Shown in pieces: positions 57,901-64,000 of a stretch of 64,000 nt of DNA; position 1 is the first letter of the stretch, and the number at the start of each line of letters is the position of its first letter. This DNA is from Setoptus koraiensis (Eukaryota; Animalia; Arthropoda): positions 9,610,001-9,674,000 of the forward strand of contig CM106585.1 of assembly GCA_048013815.1 (NCBI GenBank). Direction: 5' to 3'. The notes below the pieces were generated by a model that did not search any database, was not told the DNA's origin, and was given only the letters and a program-made list of their open reading frames with translations. The translations under genes and the position numbers were made by a program.

Positions 57901-59480
57901 CAATAGAGAGCGCGCCGAGGAAATGAAGATGAATCATCGGCATAATGAGCGATCGGCGCAAGCGAGCAACAAGCCGCCCGTTCAAGGAAGAGGGAGGCGC
58001 CAGCTGAGCGCGCTAACGGTCGCCTGAGCTGGCGAGCGACAAAAACAACAACAGCAACAGCAACAGCAACGACGAGCGCGGCCGCTAGGCGGAGTCTGCG
58101 CTCATTTGAATGGCGCCGACGGTCTCGCCAGGCACGTGGTTGCGCAACAGGCAGCGAGCAACGAGCAACAAACAAAGGGCAACAAACAACGGGCGAGGTG
58201 TCTGATTGGGGGGGCGAAACATGCCCAGCGAGCAGTTTGTTGGACAGCGATTAACGGTGCAGCCAGGTGAGGGCCGCACAACGATGTGGCGCGTTGTTGT
58301 TGCCCCGTGTTGTATCGTGCCTTGTTCATCGTGTGCTATTGCGCTGGCCAACGACAGCAACGACAGCAACGACAGCAATTGGCAACAGGTGAGTTTGGCC
58401 AGCAAACAATCATTCGCAAATCATCCGCTGCCGCCACCGCTAGCCGGCCTAACGTCGAGACAGTTTAGCAGTCACTTTCACTCTCACATTTGCACTTGTC
58501 GCATCGACTCATCAACGCAACGCAACATCGCAATCGACCAAGCGGGACACACGCCGGCCACGCAAGCATCATTGGTGAGTTCATTTCGAGTATTTGCACG
58601 AGTATTTGCACGAGTATTACCATTCCGCGAGCAGCATTCCAGAGCACTGCAAACAGACAGAGTTTCGCACAGCATTGCAGAGTTTTGCAGAGTTTTGCAG
58701 AGTTTTTTAGAGTTTTGCAGAGCATTTTCAAGTTTCTATCAGTGTCAGCAAGTATCGCTCGTGGCAGTTGACAGCGACCAATTGTCGCGCGCTCACCAAC
58801 GTTTTCCCGCTAAAAAACTAACCGAAACCCAATCGTCTCACCAAACTCACTCAACTATTGCCAACCGATCGATCGATTGCGCATCGATTGCTCATCGATT
58901 GGCCCGAATCGCCGAATCGCCAATTTGCCAAATTCAAATTCAATCGTCGGACATCGTCGACAGGAAGCCATTTGGTTAGGTGCACACAAGACAAGCGACA
59001 CAAGATTTACGTGAACTTAAGTCACACCAACAAGTCACATTGATTATCACTATTATGGCTCGCACATCAAATCAACTAGTGAACCTCTGTTCAATGGGTG
59101 AGTGTGTTGACCGGTCAAGCGTGGTTGGCCAGCTCGACGATAGGTGCGCAATTGTTGTCTCGCTGACAAGAGTTGTTGATTTATTGAGTATCAATCAATC
59201 ATCAATAAATCGCTCACTCACAAACCGATGAATGCGATCACAATCGACATTAACCGACCATTTAATCAACATCGGTTAGAGATTCACTTTCACGGTGTCT
59301 GACGAGTGATTTGACCAGTCTGACTGATTTGATGAACAACTCAAACACAACAACTTTTCCCAGTTCCAACAATCAATGTCAGACGCCACTGGCTGCTGGC
59401 CACACAATTCAATTTTGCTCGCGGCCGATGAAAATTGAATTGAATTGCACGGTTATTTTTGCCAATTTGCAACATTCATT

Positions 59481-59560
59481 GCCATCCATTGCCATTCAGT
59501 GCCATTCAGTGCCATTCAGTGCCATTCATCGCCATTCATCGCCATTCATCGCCATTCATT
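59481..59560. repeat. 10-bp tandem repeat (GCCATTCAGT/GCCATTCATC) x8
   Basis: Seen directly. Confidence 0.95.
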
Positions 59561-59581
59561 AGCAGTGAATCCGATGAGAGC

Positions 59582-59650
59582 CAATGAAACTCATTCAATG
59601 AATATCATTGATGAATCCAATCTATGAATGCCATTGAATGAGTTTCATTG
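59582..59650. repeat. Perfect 19-bp inverted repeat (CAATGAAACTCATTCAATG ... CATTGAATGAGTTTCATTG) with a 31-nt spacer
   Basis: Left arm 59582-59600 is the exact reverse complement of 59632-59650. Confidence 0.92.
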
Positions 59651-60180
59651 ACTCATGATGAAATTGCAACTGGTTGCAACTGTCAAAACGAATCGATTGC
59701 CAAATTGATTCTCAATAAACAACCTGTTAACTAAACTATTAACTCTCCATTGAACTCTCCATCTTGCTTGCCCATCTTGCACGCGTCTCGGCTGCACGCA
59801 CCCACTGGCACCCACCGGCACCCACTGGCAACGACTGGCTCCACACTGGCACGCTCACCCAACTGATATTATTGCGCAACCATTACGTTGTTGTGCGACC
59901 AATGTTACGCACACACTCGCTATTACGCAACAACCGCCACCGATCGACAGCCTTGGCCCTCTGGCTTGTGGGCGCCACCATTCAATGCCTATACGCGAGA
60001 TCCACGCACAGGGTGAGTACAGGCCCACTGTTTGCAATGACTGCGAGCCCCCTGGTGACTGTTGGGCTAACAGTGTTCAATGATGATACATCAGTGTTTA
60101 ATGATGATACATTTATGCAACTGCGCCGACTATCGGCAGTGACTGTCAGCAGTGACCATCAGCAGTGATTGCGCGCAGCA

Positions 60181-60285
60181 TCATAATATAATCAAAATAT
60201 AATCATAATATAATCATAACATAGTCATAACATAGTCATAACATAATCACAACATAATCATAACATGATCATAATATAGTCATAA
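60181..60285. repeat. 11-bp AT-rich tandem repeat (TCATAAYATAR), about 9 copies
   Basis: Seen directly. Confidence 0.9.
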
Positions 60286-63043
60286 TGAGCGAGTATCGAG
60301 CGTTATTAACCTTTATTAGCCGTTATCTATTACCTGTCGCCTGTTGTTTGTTACCTGTTGGCTGTTGTTTGTTACCTGTTGGCTGTTGATTGGCGTGCGC
60401 ATGCAAACATCCAACAAACATCTAGCAAACATAAGCAGGCCGATAAGTCAGACACAGATTGCAAGCGATAACTGTGTACAACTAAACGGTGGCCGGCAAA
60501 GTGTGACCAGTTATCATCATGGCATGATTATTGGTTATTATTTCAACTTCCGTTAGCCACTCGTTTGCGCCGTCTGCTCACTCGCTGTGTGTTGCGTAAT
60601 GTTGCGCAACACACAGCGAGCCAATGTGGAGCGAATGCCCGCTGACAAAGCCACAGACGAGCAAGCGATAATAATGATGATAATTATGCAACATTGCCCC
60701 ATTGCACATTGCGCAACGATGCCATCCACTGTTGCCGTTGCCGTTGCCGTTGCCGTTGCGCAACAACAACAACAGCATCCCCTGGTGAACATGAGACTCA
60801 TCACACTGCGACCATCATCGGAGGCAGCGATAGGGCCGATAGGAAGTATCATGCCAGCACTTGTTGCGGTGCGTGTGGCACAAACAACAGCAAGCGCCAA
60901 CTATCAGCGCCGTTATCAGGCTGTGATTCGCGATGCGACTCGCAATGCGACTCGCAATGCCATTCCAATGCCATTCACGGGTAATAACGGTCACTAATGC
61001 AATAATAATAACGGTAATCGTAACAACAACAACAACAGTAATGATAATGCAAGCCGAAAGCCGGAGCTGTCAGGTTCATACGGCTTGATATCAGCTGTAT
61101 CTACTGTATCAACCGCATATCAGCTGCTGCATCAGCTGCGTATCAGCGCTCTCCATCTCGAGACTCGAGACTCGAGCGAGCCAGCGTGTGACAGTAAAGT
61201 GACACTGGCAAACAGCTGACAGCGAGCAGACGACACACAGTTGATAATATTGCTATCATTATAACATGCATATTGCATACCTTTTGTTGTATTAGATGCT
61301 GTTATATTAGATGCTGTATTTATATACAGAGGCACGGAGGCAGTAAATAAGGAAATCGCTTGCTTGCGCAACAATCATCATGCCGGCCACCAAGACTAAT
61401 GCACGCTTCCTGCGCGCCTCTATTGGCCGTTGCACGCATTACGCGCCGCAACCGTTATGTGTGATCGTACGTAGATTAAATGTTGTAAAATTAAATATCC
61501 GACGGCAATTATTATTATACATTAGACACTGTTGTCCGTCGTGGATCGAATACCGCACCGGCCCGACGCAAAACGCTGCGATCGCTGCGTTTATACGCCG
61601 CTCAACAAGACAATAAGCGCTTGCCAAGAATGCCCGAGCATCTGTGAGCGAATCGCCGGCGATCCGTGTGACTCACACGGTGTAAGTGATACAATAATTG
61701 AAACAACAACAACACGAGCTTGCCAGAGTGGCCGAAAGTGCCGGAATCGCTGCAACCTTATCAAGCAACGAGCGCACAGCAGAGCGAAGGATGAGCCAAT
61801 TAAGCGACGGTCAGTCAGGATGTAAGCGTAACTGCAAACTTATTCTTCTTCTTCTGTCTCTTGGTGGCCATGCAAATAAGTGAGCACTGCGCTCGCCTGT
61901 AATGGTCAGCTTGCCGCAGTGGTCTCACAAGCCGAGACGAGCTGGCCGATGAGCCGGCCAACGAGCATTGTTGTTGGCCGGCTCATGGCACTGTGGCGCC
62001 GTTGTTGGCATTGTTGCGCAACGTTGCCGGCATCTAATTAGGAGCATCGGCGAGTTGGCGCATCGCCGGCATCATACTCTATGCGCACCGTTATCAAGTC
62101 AGTGGGCCAGCCAACAGCAGCGGCCAACATCAAGTCGCCAGTCGGTGGGCCAACCGGCAACGCCAATTATGACGCCAGCCGGCCCGGCCAACAGTGTTGC
62201 ACCAGTGCTATTATTACCGTTATTTGGCCATTAATCAACAAGTGATATCATGCATGGCACTATCAGCTGACTCACAACGTTGTCAGCACAACAACAAACG
62301 GTTATGTAAGGCTTGCAACGATTTATAAGGCGACGCTTTATTATGCAACAGTTTATTATGCAACAGTTTATTGGTTTGTGGGCCAGTTGCTATTTGGCCA
62401 CTAGCAACCTGTTGCTTCGATGCTTTAATGGTTGGCGCGGTGCGCAACTAGTGCGACTGTTACATTAATTGAGCCCGTCGTTGTGGCGACCAGCATGCCA
62501 TTAGCTGCCCGAAAGGCTCGCTGCGCCGGGCATCCTTGTTGCCGGTCGCGGCTCGCGTCCGCTCCGCCCGGCCGCATCCGTCGAAATGAGCGTCTGTCCG
62601 GCGCGCCGGCACTTGTAGTAGTACCGGCAAGGTAGTTGTGTTGTGATTTTGACAGCTGTTTCAACAACAACAACGACAGCAACGACAACACCGACAACAA
62701 CGACAACAACGACAGTCTGCGAGCCGCCGTCTGTGGCGCGTTTGTCTCTAGCAGCCGACGATGGATGCACAGCCACTGCACACCGTTCACCTGTTGGCCA
62801 GTGTGGCCACTTTGGCCACTTGGCCACAGTGTGCAGCGGCCAACAATCGGCTGCCCTCTTTTGGCCTGTCTGGTCTTGCTCAGCGGGCTTGTGTGTCAGC
62901 TGTGACGAGACCAGATCTCTTATTTATTAGCGATTACAGTTTGCGCAATGCGCACTGTTGAGAGCGCCAATATGCTAATTAAAAGCAACCATTCACTCTC
63001 GCTTTCCGCGCCGCTCTTCCCACTGGACAATGCTGCCGCATAA

Positions 63044-63108
63044 CACTGCCGGACAGCACTGCCGGACAGCACTGCCGGACAGCACTGCCGGACAGCACTG
63101 CTGGACAA
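63044..63108. repeat. 13-bp tandem repeat (CACTGCCGGACAG) x5
   Basis: Seen directly. Confidence 0.92.
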
Positions 63109-63228
63109 TACTACTGGACATAGCTGGCGCGCTGCAGCCGAGAATGTCCAGCCAGTTTACAAGTTTGTCTCTGTCCGGCCGTTGGCTGGCCGTCTGAGCG
63201 GCCGGTGGGCCGCCAGCAGGCGCACAAC

Positions 63229-63285
63229 AGCGCCAACAACAACAACAGCAACGGCAACAACAACAGCAACAGCAACAACAACGCC

Positions 63286-63329
<44 letters not shown>

Positions 63330-63340
63330 CGGCAACAACA
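63229..63340. repeat. (CAA)n microsatellite with CAG/CGC interruptions, representative of dozens of CAA/TTG tracts in the window
   Basis: Seen directly. Confidence 0.95.
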
Positions 63341-64000
63341 GAGTCCGAGTTTGTGCCGGAGTTGGGACTCGAGCAGCGCTATCGAGACCGCTCAGACGGA
63401 ACAAACAAGCGCTATTTCGAATCTTCGAAAACAACAAACTGACCGCAACTAACGGCCAGCTCACTCTACTTTGTAGCGAGCTGGCTACTTTGCAGTGGCG
63501 AGCTGCGCAGCTCGCTGCAAATGCAAATCAAATCCCGTATGCGTGACCACAATCGTCAAGTCGCTGGCGTCGCGGATGCTCGGGCCGCCGCATGGTCAGC
63601 GGTCGGTGGCGCCGGCCAGACGCAGACCAAGTGGCAGCCAGTGTGAACAGGTAACGAGCCGACGACTAATAGAGCGCCAACTGATCGCACACACACACAC
63701 ACATCGCGTCATGTTGCATTGTTCTCGAGCTAGCTCGCCACTGGCCACTGGCCGCTCGTTGTTTACAACCGCTGGCCAGTTGCGCAACAACAATTATTGC
63801 AAGATTTTGTTACGTAACACAATCTCGCAACCGTCAACCACCTACCTTTATGTGTTTGCCAGTCGCTGGCCATCTCATGCTAGGCGACTCATGCTAGGCG
63901 ACTCGCAGTGTGTGTGCCCAGCGCTGACTGTAATAGCGCGGCGATACTACCGGCTATAATGCCCACTATGATAATGTGGCCGGGTATGCCTAATCACCAC

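Noticed and set aside
61532-61825. Cys-rich ORF (CDRC...CQEC) with nearby splice-like signals
   Set aside because: Cys spacing matches no zinc-finger family I know, the start is non-ATG, and no consistent exon frame emerges.

Overview
Animal genomic DNA, probably arthropod. The intron-poor genes and compact gene island suggest a miniaturised mite such as an eriophyoid, but this is inference only. Six genes or gene copies are supported. (1) A minus-strand Lim1/Lhx1-5 LIM-homeobox gene, with exons at 25821-26002 and 24255-25623; I could not find its last homeodomain exon in the 24 kb downstream. (2) An uninterrupted XMAP215/Msps ORF with an unusual TOG2-TOG2-linker-CTD architecture. (3-5) Two near-identical direct copies of SRP receptor beta that flank an intronless NAD-dependent glycerol-3-phosphate dehydrogenase. 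(6) A 4.8 kb MRTF/myocardin-like ORF. Most of the rest (about 1-24 kb, 34-43 kb, 50-64 kb) is CpG-rich non-coding DNA dense in microsatellites, minisatellites and short palindromes, and its many ORFs look spurious. I found no rRNA, tRNA, CRISPR array or recognisable transposon. The most interesting part is the 26.9-33.3 kb island. It holds a reduced microtubule polymerase resembling nematode ZYG-9, two apparent gene-conversion signatures, and SR-beta copies with altered GTPase motifs. All comparisons were made by eye, and reference motifs are recalled from memory.
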